DNA of 64,000 nucleotides from Thecamonas trahens ATCC 50062 (GCF_000142905.1 NW_013657643.1:293089-357088); one strand, 5' to 3'. Positions 44,654 to 56,381 are shown, counted from the stretch's first letter. The notes: generated by a model not told the origin, from the letters alone. Numbers and translations: made by a program.

Positions 44654-45781
44654 ATGGACTCTGAACTCGCAGCGCTTGTGATCGACAATGGATCGGGCAT
44701 GTGCAAGGCCGGGTTTGCCGGCGACGACGCGCCGCGGGCGGTCTTTCCCTCTGTTGTCGGCCGGGCGCGATACAACAGCGTGATGGTGGGCATGGGCGCC
44801 AAGGACTCGTTTGTAGGTGACGAGGCTCAGGCCAAGCGTGGCGTACTCACACTCAAGTACCCGATCGAGCACGGCATCGTGACCAACTGGGACGACATGG
44901 AGAAGATCTGGCACCACACGTTCTACAACGAGCTGCGCGTCGCGCCCGAGGAGCACCCGGTCCTCCTCACCGAGGCGCCGCTCAACCCAAAGGCCAACCG
45001 CGAGAAGATGACCCAGATCATGTTTGAGACCTTTAACGCGCCGGCCATGTACGTCGCCATCCAGGCCGTGCTCTCGCTGTACGCCTCCGGCCGTACCACC
45101 GGCATCGTCCTCGACTCGGGTGACGGTGTCTCGCACACGGTCCCGATCTACGAGGGTTACGCGCTCCCGCACGCCATCCTCCGCCTTGACCTCGCCGGGC
45201 GCGACCTCACCGAGTACATGTCGCGGATCCTGATGGAGCGCGGGTACTCGTTCACCACCACCGCCGAGCGCGAGCTCGTTCGCGACATCAAGGAGAAGCT
45301 GGCGTACGTGGCGCTTGACTTTGATGCCGAGCTTGCGCTTGCGGCGGCGTCGTGCGGGACGACACGCGAGTACGAGCTGCCTGATGGACAGGTCATCACG
45401 ATTGGCAACGAGCGGTTCCGCTGCCCCGAGGCGCTCTTCCAGCCATCGTTCCTTGGCATGGAGGCTGCCGGCATCCACGAGACCACGTTCAACACCATCA
45501 TGAAGTGCGAGATTGACATCCGCAAAGAACTCTTCTCCAACGTCGTCCTCTCTGGCGGCACCACCATGTTCCCCGGCATGGCTGATCGCATGCTCAAGGA
45601 ACTCAAGGCTCTCGCTCCGGGCGCTACCAAGGTCAAGGTCATCGCCCCGCCTGAGCGGAAGTACTCTGTCTGGATCGGCGGCTCCATCATGGCCTCGCTG
45701 TCATCGTTTGAGCAGATGTGGATCACCCGCGACGAGTACGACGAGTGCGGTCCGGCCATTGTCCATCGCAAGTGCCTGTAG
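44654..45781 (+). CDS. ACT: Actin, intronless and somewhat divergent (375 aa)
   Basis: [50 protein letters not shown] and [12 protein letters not shown] at 44654. Confidence 0.97.
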
Positions 45782-48700
45782 AAGTGGTGCGCACTACGTC
45801 AGCCGCGCGCCGACGCATCCGCGTATCACCAGTGGATCTGCTCGGCCGCATGCCGGCCCGGCCGGTGACGCGTGGGCCCAGCGCGGGCCTGGTCTCAGGC
45901 TCGCTGGTCGACACTGAGCTTAAGGACGTCACGCACGCCGGCTCGATGGCCAGCTCCGGTTTTTTGTCGGCCAGCAGTGAGTCTTCTGGCTCATCAGAGC
46001 TCGTTTCGTCAGCCACCTTGACGGACGCGCGAAAGAACCGCGCGCGGAGCCAGAGAAAGATAAACGAGGCCATCAAGACCGAGTTGATCAGCAGGAGGAC
46101 AACGATCAGCAACTGCTGCGAGTCGGACGAGGCGTCTGTGCCGTCGCGAAGCGAGGCACCGGAAATGATGGTCACCGCGACAATGGTGAGGGCAGCTTCC
46201 TCGAGATGGTTGAGCATCGGCGACTCGAACGGCCGCAGGCGGGTGTTGAGCAGGACGCCAAAGACCACGACCGCCGTGCCACCAGACGAGATCTGCAAGT
46301 CAACAGAGTCGATGAAGACCGCCACCGCCACAATGATCGACTTGCGGGCCATGACCAGAAACTCAAAGAACCAAACATCGGCTCGGTAGCCGTCGACCAG
46401 GAACGAATGCCGGGCACGGAAGGCATCGAGCGAGCCCAGCCGGGAAAGGTCCCACCTAAAGTAAGAAAACCAACAAGCGGGACACCGACGACGTAGACAA
46501 GGACGCCGGCGCCGGCAGCAATGGCGTAGTCGAGGTGCTTGCCTTGGTAGCAGACCGTGTCGAGATCGGGCTTGAGCCGCAGCTCGCCGGCAAAGCTCTG
46601 GCAGTGGAAGACGAGCAGGATTTGGCGCACAATCGTCGGGTAGACGAGAAAGACGGCAATGGTACCGGCCTGGAGCGCGGCCACCTGATGCGCCGAGTAG
46701 CTGGTTACGAGCTCGGCCGGCCACGATGGATGCGCGCCGCGGCAGAAGAGGAACCGCAGCCACGAGCCGCCGGTCGACTTGGCGAAGAGTGCGGCGTAGA
46801 CGCTCCGGACAACAACTACGATGATGAGCGGGAGGATCATGTAAAAGACAAACTCGTCGAAAAAGCCGTGGCCGGTGAGGCACACCAGGGCGAAAAAGTC
46901 GGCCGAGAGCAGAGCGCCCGACGACGCGCCCGAGACGTACGACTGGAAGAGCGTCGAGGTTTGCGACTTGAACGACGACGCCAGCGAGAGCATCTGCAGG
47001 TACGACAACGCAATCTTGAGGACAAGCGACTGGATTTGGGTGCCGGAGCCAGCCTTGCGAATGAGGTAGACAACCACGGCGATGACTATGACAAAGAGAA
47101 CGATCGTAGCGAGCGCTGCCGCCCAGACAGGCCAGCACTCTTGGCACACATGCCCAACCTTGGCTGCCCCGGCCTTGCACCGGTGGCAGAGAAAGGCGTT
47201 TGGCGCATATTCAGACGCACATACCGAGTACTGTGGACCGCCCGGGCATGAATCGGGATTGACACACTCGAAGAACTCGGCGACGTGGAGGCCATCGGCG
47301 TTGCTCCCGGCCGGATACCAGTATCCCGACGCAGCGTGCAAGAACACGCCGTCCGGCCCACACTCGCCTCCTGGGGGGCACGCAGTACACGCTGTCGCGC
47401 CTTCAAACGCGTAACTTCCGCCACCACATGGCTTGCACTGCTTGTCTTGGTGTTGCGGCGATGACTGCGAGCTGCCGCGCGGACACGGCGAGCAAACCGA
47501 CGCCGCGCCGGCGGTCTTGTTGACAAACGTGCCGGCGCCGCACAGTTCGATGCATGTGTACCGGCCGGCAATGACCGAGCCGGTCAGGCCCGACGCGCAT
47601 TCGGTGGCCCGGACCGAGAGTGCTACTGGCGCCCCGACACACGGAGCGGCATCGAGCACAACCGCGAGGACAACCGGCACAGACGTAGCGTTGGCAGAAG
47701 TGGCAAAGAGGCCCAGCGTCGGCAGGCTGCACTGTCCTCCTGCAGCGACGTCGAGGCTGCACGTTGCCTCGGCAGCATCGTGCGACGACGCAACTGCGAG
47801 TGAGCTCGCCAGCGCGAGCGGCGCTAGCCGCGGCGGTTCTAGGCTTGCCGGATCGCCGGCCGGTCGCACCATCACCCGCAGCACATCGCCGGTAATGACA
47901 GATTGGTTGTAGACGTCGGTGGCAAAAAAGACGGCGCCTGGAAGCGGATTGTTCCCGGACGGAACTTCCAAGGATGTGCTGGCCCCGATGCCGCCACCAA
48001 CAACGCCAACGGCGACAGCGTCCGACGCGGAGATCGGGCCCTGGGCCGCGGCATTGGACGCGGCGGCGGTGGCGGCGTACGCGGCAGCGTCCCAGTTGAT
48101 GAGCGCTCTGTCAATGCCGTCGGGCCGCGGCTGGGTGGCGAGGCACGTCGCTGCAGCACGACCACACTCGGCAGCGAGCCGGCACTCAAAGGTGCCGCCA
48201 CCAGCGAGCGTTGCAGCGTTGGATGCAAAGAGCGATCCAGACCCAATGACTGCCTGTGCCTCGTCAGTGACAAACAAGCCGCCACCGTAGCGATCTGCGG
48301 TGTTGCCAGCAAACGTAGAGGCGGTTGCGGTCAGTATGCCGCCACGGAGAAGGGCACCGCCGCCGGCAAGCGATGCCGAGTTGCTCGAGAGGACGGCAGA
48401 AATCATGGTCACTGCCCGCGGAACAGCCGAGAGTGAGCTAAAGGCGAGGCCGCCGCCGGATGCGGCGTTGTTGTTGACAAGGCTGCTACTTGTAACAGTG
48501 GTCGGCATGCCCAGGACGTAGAGGCCGCCGCCGAGCGAGGCCGCCGAGTTGGCGTACCAAGACACCGCGCTCCACGCGGTGTTGATAAGTTTGCCGCGGA
48601 GTCGCACGCGGGCGAGTGCGCCGCCACCACCATGACTGGCCGAGCCATCGAGGCCAATGGCCGAGTTACCAGCCATAACCGCGTCGGTGACGGTGAGCGA

Positions 48701-50737
48701 GACCGGATCCTCCACCGCGAGGCCACCGCCGCCGAGCGCCACCGAGGTGTTGATGTGTAGGTTTGGGCCGAGAGACAAGTCCATGGCGCCAACCATCGCT
48801 ACACCACCGCCGAGACCGAGCCGAGCCGCGCAGTCAGTGACGTGGACATCGGCAAAGGTGGCAATCTGTGTGACGGCCGTAGCGGTGACGAGCGAAAGCC
48901 CGCCGCCGGATCCAGAGAGCGCGGTGCAGGACGAGATTGTGACGCTCTTGATCGAGACGACAGTGCCCGAGCCGGGCGGCGAAGTGATGGCGATGGCGAT
49001 GCCTCCACCGGACGTCTGGGCTGTAGAACTGGACACGGTGACCGAGTCGAGCGTGGCGCCCGCATCGAGAAGCGCAATACCGCCGCCTGTTGCACCACGG
49101 CAGCTGCTCACGACCAGCGACGAGAGGGTCGGGCCCGGGACGGCGTTGGCGACGTGGATGGCACCAGCCAAGCTCGCAGCGGTGCCGTCGCCATTGCGGA
49201 TGGTCATGTGCGAGATGATGGTGGAAGTGTGCATGTTGGCCGGGCCGCCGACAGCCACCGGGTCAAGGCGAAAGGCGATGCCTGTGCCGGCACAGTCGAT
49301 GATGACGTCGTCCGGCGACGCGCCGCCGCCGCGAATGTTGGTGGCCGAGGTGAGAAGGATGCCGGTGGCCGGACATGACGACCAGGTGCCGGGCGCCAGC
49401 TCAAAGGTGGCGTAGTTGGTGACTAGCGTGGTGTTTGCAAGCGCAGCAGAGAGGCAGTCGAGCGAGTACACGGCAGTCCCGTGATGCGCGCAGATGGTGG
49501 CGTCGAGTACGATGGCCTCGGCGTAGCAAGTGACAAACTCGGGGGAAAACAAAGCGAGCTTTGCAATGACGAGGGCGGTGCCTCCGACGCCGAGGTCTGC
49601 AACAGCGTGCATCTGTGCATTTGGAAGAATGCTCGGCGTGGTAAAGGTGAACGGGAGGGTGTGCAGCGAAGAGTACGCGTTGAGATTGCCCTCGGGCCCG
49701 GGCGCATCCATCGAGTAGGCATACGTTCTTAGCATGCCGACGTTCATCCGGTTGTTGTGGAGGATGGCAAAGCCGCCGGCAAGCGGGCGAATGGCGCGCG
49801 GATACCATCGGCCGATGGGCTCTTCAGGATGGAGCCAGGTCTTTGGAGTGGCGACTGTGAGGTCCGAGCGGATGCCGGCAGCGTAGAGTGGGATCTCACC
49901 CGAGTTGAGGTCAGCAAAGGTAATGACCATGCCCCCGGGCACTGCGGTGCCGATGAGCGGATGATAGACCAAGTTTGGCGAGACCAAAGCTTCAAGGCTG
50001 CTCGAGCGGCTTGTGGTGCCTGTAGTGGCGTTGAGAATGCGGATTTTGCTGGTGGCGCTGGACGACGTCTCCTGGGCCAACACAACAGCCTCGTCCTCTC
50101 CGAGCGAAAAGGCCGACGGGTTTTCTGTCGATGAACCTAGACCTGTAGCAGGCACAATGGCCGACGCCAGCTGCGGGCCGTAGACGGCAAAGATAGCCAC
50201 GTTGTTCCACGAGGTGATGGTAACCACCACATTGCCGGAGGGCAGAACCTCGAGCGCGGTCGGATACTGGCCATTTGTGACGAAAAAGTCCTTGTTCACC
50301 CAGATCTCTGCCGAGAGCGGAGCGCCCGATCCATCAAAGGCGCGAACGACGGTCTCGTCCGAGTTACCACCCACGTGGTCGGACTGGTCTCTGGCGTACC
50401 AGGCGACGTAAAAGCCTGTCGAGTACGGATCTGCGGCCACCACTGGTGATGCTCTCGATGCTGCTGTCGGACCAGTATCATGCAGCATAAAGGCTGAGCC
50501 AATGGGCGTGAGCGTGAGGCGATCATAAAACCGCGCCATGACGCTGGCTGGTGATGTCTGTCCCACCACCACTAGCCGTTCATCGGCCAAGACAGCAAAA
50601 TCTGAAGCAAGGAATCCTGGTGTGATAGCCGTGGCGCCGGAGCAGACGCCCATGCGACTTGCGGCAGTGTGCGGAAGGAACGCCATGGTCACTCCCAAGA
50701 GTACCACCACTATGACCACATGTTTGGTGAGCACCAT
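45723..50737 (-). CDS. Large receptor: signal peptide, beta-rich N-domain, parallel beta-helix, Cys-rich region, multi-TM; frameshift near 46466
   Basis: Signal [28 protein letters not shown]-x-A-x-x-GGG repeats. CGAGTF...CPRGS...CPPGGEC. TM region [30 protein letters not shown], then in the -1 frame [22 protein letters not shown] and [13 protein letters not shown]. Confidence 0.82.
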
Positions 50738-51971
50738 TATGTGCGTCTTGTGTTGGTGCAGAAAGTGTCGAGGCGGGAGACTGGCGTGAGGTGTGGGTGG
50801 CAACTTGCCGTGCTGCCTGGAGTCCGCGTGGGCAACGGAAGGAATTTTTGGTTGTTGACTGTAGTTTTCCCATTTTTTTTTGGGCGTTGTTGTTGTGTGT
50901 GTGTTAGCATGTGGATGTGTACGTGAGAGAGAGAGAGAGAGAGTAGGGGAGGGAGTTGTGTATACGTAGCTGGTGGGAGCATACTGCGGAAGGTGAAGGA
51001 GCGTGGGGCGACACTCGGCGAAAACAGGGGGGCGGGGGGGGGCAGGGGGCCGACTGACGCGAATGATGGCGATCCAGGTGCAAGAATGGCCGTAGAGGTC
51101 AACGGATGAGGCGAGTGGGGGGGAAGGGGGGGAAGGGGCGGGTGGGCGGGCAAAGATAACCCGATCAGGCGACCAAGAGGGGAAGCCCCAACCCCAGGTG
51201 GCGATTACTCCGTCTCGAGGCTTGGCTGGCGATGCTGTTGTCTTTCTTGCTGTTCTTCTGCAAGCCCCAGGTGGTATGTGCTTTCCATCTCGCCGGTGGT
51301 CGGCATTGTCCCAGTTACAGCGACATCTACTGGAGTAAGAAGAGTCGCCAGTGCAATGGCGGACACGACATGCTCGCAAGTTGGAGCAGAGCGAGATGCG
51401 CGGAAGAAGACAGATTGGGCCACTAGGCGAGACTAGGAGGTAGAAGAAGCGAGAAAGTGGATGGCACTACTATGCTCTGGTATGTCAGCCTGAGCTATCC
51501 GTGTCGAGTCACGTAGTGAGGGGGGAGTGCCCAGGAGGAGCAAGAGAGGCCAAGTCACGGTCGCCCGGTTCGGTTGCCGTGAGTAGACGTCGATGAGTAG
51601 GAGAGACTTGAGGGGCTACGCTGGACGAGGCTATTGTTTTTACTCACAAAAAGTTCATGGTCGAGATAGCAACGGGGAACTGGCGAGTAGAGAAGATGGT
51701 GGAATGAAAGTGGGGGCTTGTGTAGTGGTACTGGGAGGCGATGTAGGGCGTCGCTGCGGAGGTCATATATTTTTTGGTAACACCGTTTCGGGGAATCCGA
51801 AGCAAGACCAAATGCCTCAGCGACGGCCTGAAAGCAGCAAGCTGCAACCGAGAGTACACCTCACGCACTCTGACCACACACTTGGAGGGGCTAGTGACGA
51901 GAGCATAGAGCTGTGGCTGACAACACTTGCGTGGCTCTTGCTGGCATTGTACAAGCGCTGCGAGTAGAAAC

Positions 51972-54815
51972 ATGTCGGACAAGAACCTCGCGACACCCGA
52001 GCGTGTGGCTTTGAAGGAAGATTTCAAGGCCATGCTGAAGGAGAAGGGCATGACGCAGGCTCAGTTTGCGAAGATGCATGGCTTGCACTCATCGTCGGTG
52101 TCAACGGCTGTCAACCCAACGACACCCGAGACGCAGCGAGTGAAGGAGCGGACGATCATCATGAGAGAGGTGGCGGCGTGGCTTGCGGCGCCGGCGGCAG
52201 CGGCGGAGACGACACCCTCGCGGACACAGGCGTCACGATCTCCATCCGCAGAGGGTGGCGGTAGTGATGGACTGCCGACACCCGAGCGTGTGGCTTTGAA
52301 GGAAGATTTCAAGGCCATGCTGAAGGAGAAGGGCATGACGCAGGCTCAGTTTGCGAAGATGCATGGCTTGGACCCATCCTTGGTCTCGAAGGCCGTCAGG
52401 CCAAAGACGCCCGAGAGTCGGCGAGTCAACGCGCGGAAAGTAGTGCGTGAGGCGGTCAATGTATGGCGGGCCGAGAGAGTTCGCGATTGTGAAGATGATC
52501 GCCGGCCAGCACCTCCCGATCTAGGCGAGCTCCCGACGCACCGCTTGGTGGCAGACCCATCCCAGATGCTTGTAGCCGTGTACGCGGCGGGCCATCCTAT
52601 GCACGTCCGTGACCACATCCGCGCCTCGATGCAGCTGCCAAAGCCCAAGACGAAGACCGCTGTTGCGTTTGCCGCCATGACCGAGCCAATCGGTGGTCCA
52701 GACGTGGCACAGGGACTGGCACGTCTTGCGTGTGCAGAGCTGGACTTTGACCGCCTTGTCAACTTTATGGACGATGATGGCGAGGCGCTTTCGCATGCTG
52801 TCGCTGAAGTCATGGGTGGCACCGGTGCGGGCGATGAGTCCCTAGTCTGCGACGGCGGTGTGCTTGGCGAAGCGATATCCATTGACCCCCCCGAAGAGGG
52901 AGGATTCAAGGTGGTTGGCGTCCGATCGCGGCCCGACGGCCCAGTTGATGCCGGCTTTGTGGTGCTTCTGCGCAAGGTCGTGAAGCCCAATGATGTTGGA
53001 GCGCTCCAGCTTATGCGGCTCACGCATGAAGTCAAGAGCGTGATCAGCGAAAGGATGGAGTCGTGGGTCGAGCAGCGATTCGACATGAGCCAGCTCGAGA
53101 ACGGTAACCGAGATGCAGTGTTTCTGCGCGATTCCCCCGACACTGATGGCGTCGGCAAGCACCAGACTTTTGACAACCAAGTCGGCGCTGCCGAGCGCAT
53201 GTATGAGGTCATTGTCAAGCATCTGAGCCAGGAGCGGATGCGTGAGTTTACCTCCATCCACGCCCTTATCCTCACCCCCAACCGTGTCTCGCTCTGCGAG
53301 CAGACCCAGCAGCGATGCGATTTGTTTGCCGCTCATCTGGAGGGACTTGGCCTCGCAAACCTTGTCACGACCGAGGTACTGCAGGCTGGCCGGGGCGCGG
53401 AGAACCTTGCAGGCCGGACAAAAGCTTTGCTGAAGTTGATCACAAAGTCACCACGCACGCTCTTTCTGGTCATTCAGGACGAGTGCCACTGGGGTGCGGG
53501 CTTGATGAAGCAAAAAGGCTCCAAGAAGGAGTCGGACGGCGCCGGCTCGAGCTCGGGCAAGCAGACACAGGCATCGGTCATCAGCTCGATTCTACTTCAC
53601 AAGACGTTTCTGGAGGCTGTGGTCGATACCCAAAACGTGATGGTGGTGCAGGTCTCGGCGACACCGCACAACCAGCTCATCCCGCACTGCACGATGAGGG
53701 ACCACGTGGTGGACATGCTCGCCAACGGAGGCCGGCCGCCGTCGTACAACGGCCTCGACGAGCTTGTCTTTAAGGAAAGGTGGCATGCCGATGAAAGCTT
53801 GGAGGACTTGCTCGATGCCGACGACGACGAGCTGCGGAGTCTAGCGGCGATCTTCTTCCACGCGCGGACTAGCGTGTCGACGCGCATCTACGTCGACCTG
53901 GTGCAGCTGTTGTGGTACGCGCGAGCCATCGAGCGCAAGGACCGCCATCCGCTTGTCGCGCCGCTGCTCGAGGGGAAGCAAGTTGTGCATGCGGTGCGTC
54001 TCTCGTCGAGCAAGAGTCTGGCTCTCTTTGCTAGGGCCATCGGATCGTTGATGGCTGTCGATGCGCCCGAGGTTGCGGTTGTGTACTCGCGGTCGGGCAC
54101 GGGCTTTGAGACGGTTAGTGCGCGGTTTGCAGAGAGCAACGAGACGCAGTTCTCCCGGCTTGGGGCATGTCCGACGCTGTTGGTTCTGGTTGACAAGGGC
54201 CGAATGGGCGACTCATTCCCACCGAACTTTGCAGCCTTTGATCTCCGAGGGCGGTATAGGTCTGTGGTCTCACAGTGGGCCTCGTTTGATCAGGACGTTG
54301 GGCGTGCGTTTGGCCACAACACCATATGCGAGGTGCACTCGTCACAGGCGGCGCGCAACCTGGCCGAGTTTGTAGCTAACACCAAGTTTAACGATCCGTC
54401 GTGCGACTACGTGGCTGCGGCGGCGCGCGAAGAACTCATCAAGACGGTCGGACAACACGTCGAGGCTGGCGACGATGATGGCGACGATGAGGAGACTGCA
54501 GGAGAGCTCGAGAATGCGGCTGAAGAGGCCAACGAAATTGGTTTCCTTTCCGTGGAGCACGTGCTGAGCGCGACACATGCGCTCGCGATGTACAAGGATC
54601 AAGACAAGCACTATCGCCAGATCCGCAAGTCTATCTCCGCGCGGATTGTGCTCACCGCCGAGCCACAGTGCGGCAAGACCGGGACGTTCCTGCACCTCAT
54701 CGAGCTGTGTGCGAGGGCCATCCCGAACGATCGCGTGACACCATTGATGGCCGCGATCAATAAGCTGTCTTTGGCCGAGCGTGCCGAGCTTGACAAGTTT
54801 CTCAACAACAGCTAG
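51972..54815 (+). CDS. Circularly permuted superfamily-2 helicase/ATPase with two N-terminal HTH (XRE/Cro-like) repeats
   Basis: Motif Ia LILTPNRVSLCEQT, II IQDECHWG, III VSATP, V DKGRMGDSFP and VI QDVGRAFG. Walker A (IVLTAEPQCGKT) occurs only at the C-terminus. Confidence 0.8.
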   Translation: MSDKNLATPERVALKEDFKAMLKEKGMTQAQFAKMHGLHSSSVSTAVNPTTPETQRVKERTIIMREVAAWLAAPAAAAETTPSRTQASRSPSAEGGGSDGLPTPERVALKEDFKAMLKEKGMTQAQFAKMHGLDPSLVSKAVRPKTPESRRVNARKVVREAVNVWRAERVRDCEDDRRPAPPDLGELPTHRLVADPSQMLVAVYAAGHPMHVRDHIRASMQLPKPKTKTAVAFAAMTEPIGGPDVAQGLARLACAELDFDRLVNFMDDDGEALSHAVAEVMGGTGAGDESLVCDGGVLGEAISIDPPEEGGFKVVGVRSRPDGPVDAGFVVLLRKVVKPNDVGALQLMRLTHEVKSVISERMESWVEQRFDMSQLENGNRDAVFLRDSPDTDGVGKHQTFDNQVGAAERMYEVIVKHLSQERMREFTSIHALILTPNRVSLCEQTQQRCDLFAAHLEGLGLANLVTTEVLQAGRGAENLAGRTKALLKLITKSPRTLFLVIQDECHWGAGLMKQKGSKKESDGAGSSSGKQTQASVISSILLHKTFLEAVVDTQNVMVVQVSATPHNQLIPHCTMRDHVVDMLANGGRPPSYNGLDELVFKERWHADESLEDLLDADDDELRSLAAIFFHARTSVSTRIYVDLVQLLWYARAIERKDRHPLVAPLLEGKQVVHAVRLSSSKSLALFARAIGSLMAVDAPEVAVVYSRSGTGFETVSARFAESNETQFSRLGACPTLLVLVDKGRMGDSFPPNFAAFDLRGRYRSVVSQWASFDQDVGRAFGHNTICEVHSSQAARNLAEFVANTKFNDPSCDYVAAAAREELIKTVGQHVEAGDDDGDDEETAGELENAAEEANEIGFLSVEHVLSATHALAMYKDQDKHYRQIRKSISARIVLTAEPQCGKTGTFLHLIELCARAIPNDRVTPLMAAINKLSLAERAELDKFLNNS
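51991..52370 (+). repeat. Identical 95-bp coding duplication (51991-52085 and 52276-52370) covering the HTH core
   Basis: cgacacccgagcgtgtggctttgaag...gcatggcttg occurs twice, 285 nt apart, encoding TPERVALKEDFKAMLKEKGMTQAQFAKMHGL. Confidence 0.95.
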
Positions 54816-55414
54816 TGATTGGTGTCTGCCAGCGCAGGCCTACCGCCCAGTCAGCACTGGCGAGCGCGCATCGCAGCGAGCGAGCGACGAACGGGAGACG
54901 AAACAAAGAACACCATGTACTCTGCGACAAACACTCTCGGTTGCTGGTTGAGCGGTCGCTCTGCTGGCTCGACGGTTTAAGATATTCCTCGCAAGCGCTG
55001 CGCTGGCCTCCAGTGCCAGCACATCGAGCCGATTGGCACGGTGACCCATACATACATAAGCTGCAGCCGCACGCTCGCGCATACCCGAGATCAAGGTTAG
55101 AATTGGGCGCTCAGAGGGTGCCCGTCGTCGTCGTCGTCGTCGCAGATCGTCATCCAAGGGTGAGTAGGTGCCTTCCCGCTCCATCGGAGCTGACTGTCTC
55201 GACGCCATCGGAGCTCTCAGCGTAGTATGGCTGCGAGTGCAAGCAACTCGTAGCAGTCGCGGCAAAAAACGACGATGCTACGAACAACCGAAACGAACGT
55301 CGCCGCCTTGCCACAGCACCGTTTGATCACGATCGCGAACACGATCACGATCACGACCACCTCCCCCCCCCCCCCCCCCCACCCACCCACCCCCACCCAC
55401 CCCCACTGCCGCGC

Positions 55415-56329
55415 ATGACGGACCGTACTCAACGCGAGGTGAAGAAGCTCTCCAGGCGCAAGGCCATTGAGTCACTTGTGAAGAGCGGCGAGCTGTATGG
55501 AGCGTCCCAGGCGTACTCTGCTGCGGTGTCGCGGCTGAGCAAGAAGGGCTACCTCGAGGAGGGACGGGCACTTGCGCTCGATGCCGTGGCTACCTTTGCT
55601 GCCAGTGGCGAAGGCCTTTTGGTGGATGATGCTGTGGAGGAGTATTTGGTGGTGTTGGGCAAATGTGTTGAGAGTGGAAAAATTGTCAACGTGGCCGTCG
55701 TCGTCGATGATGATGCTGGCAAGGTGCCTCCGCTTGGCAAGGTCGCTCTCTACAAGGCCGTCCTCCGATGGGCGACTTCCTCCTCCTCCTCTGCCACTGG
55801 CTCGCCGCTCTCGCAGTCAGAGGCCATGCACTGCTATCTGGCCCTGGCTCGCGCTGCTGAGGAGGTCGGCCAGTATGCGGTGGCTGCCGCTGCTCTCGCT
55901 CGCGCTTCCCCGCACGACATCGCCCCGGTCTATCTGGGCCTCCTCGCAAAGTGGAGCGCCGAGGGCGAGCGGGGCGAGGCGCCGTGGTTTGCTGCGCGGG
56001 CAGTTCTCGAGCTGCTGGCCGCCGATCGCGCTCTTGCCGCCCGCCAGCTGTGGGACGCGCTCCCGGGTGACGCCACGGTTGCCTCGGGTGCCCTTGTTGC
56101 CCGCATGGCCGACACCATCCTGCGGGCTGTCGAGGGCGCGTCGCGCGAGCTGTTTGGCGCGGCGTCGTCGGCCTATGCCCCGATCTACACCGAGCACGAC
56201 CCGTCGTTTGAGCGCCTTGTCCGCAAGATCGGCGAGGTCTACTTTGGCCTCCGCCAACAGCCGACCGGGCTCGGCGCCATGATGCAGTCGATGATGCAGG
56301 CGTTCATGCCGCAGGGTGGGCAGCAGTGA
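55415..56329 (+). CDS. GET4: Golgi-to-ER traffic protein 4 (GET4/TRC35)
   Basis: VKSGELYGASQAYSAAVSRL, FAARAVLELL, YAP...DPSFERLVRKIGEVYFG and GLGAMMQSMM. Confidence 0.8.
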   Translation: MTDRTQREVKKLSRRKAIESLVKSGELYGASQAYSAAVSRLSKKGYLEEGRALALDAVATFAASGEGLLVDDAVEEYLVVLGKCVESGKIVNVAVVVDDDAGKVPPLGKVALYKAVLRWATSSSSSATGSPLSQSEAMHCYLALARAAEEVGQYAVAAAALARASPHDIAPVYLGLLAKWSAEGERGEAPWFAARAVLELLAADRALAARQLWDALPGDATVASGALVARMADTILRAVEGASRELFGAASSAYAPIYTEHDPSFERLVRKIGEVYFGLRQQPTGLGAMMQSMMQAFMPQGGQQ

Positions 56330-56381
56330 AGAAGCTTGCACAACAGCGTGAAAGACAAAGAGCGAAGAGCGAAGAGCGAGT

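Noticed and set aside
5515-50737. Calling the four frameshifted genes pseudogenes
   Set aside because: There are no in-frame stops or other decay and the motifs are intact on both sides. Single-base homopolymer errors explain all five breaks.
50738-51379. Long N-terminal extensions of ORFs (also 13743-13952, 21556-21855, 22554-23402, 35512-36045)
   Set aside because: These are low-complexity promoter or UTR translations upstream of clearer starts, most of which begin with a signal peptide or anchor.
53140-53170. GVGKHQT as the helicase Walker A
   Set aside because: It lacks the GK[ST] adjacency and lies before the Q-like motif. The C-terminal IVLTAEPQCGKT fits much better.
54840-55265. Small minus-strand ORF downstream of the helicase
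   Set aside because: No motif, weak codon bias, and its Arg run comes from a (GTC)n microsatellite.
51400-55400. Transposon boundaries around the permuted helicase
   Set aside because: No terminal inverted repeats, target-site duplication, transposase or integrase could be found by eye.
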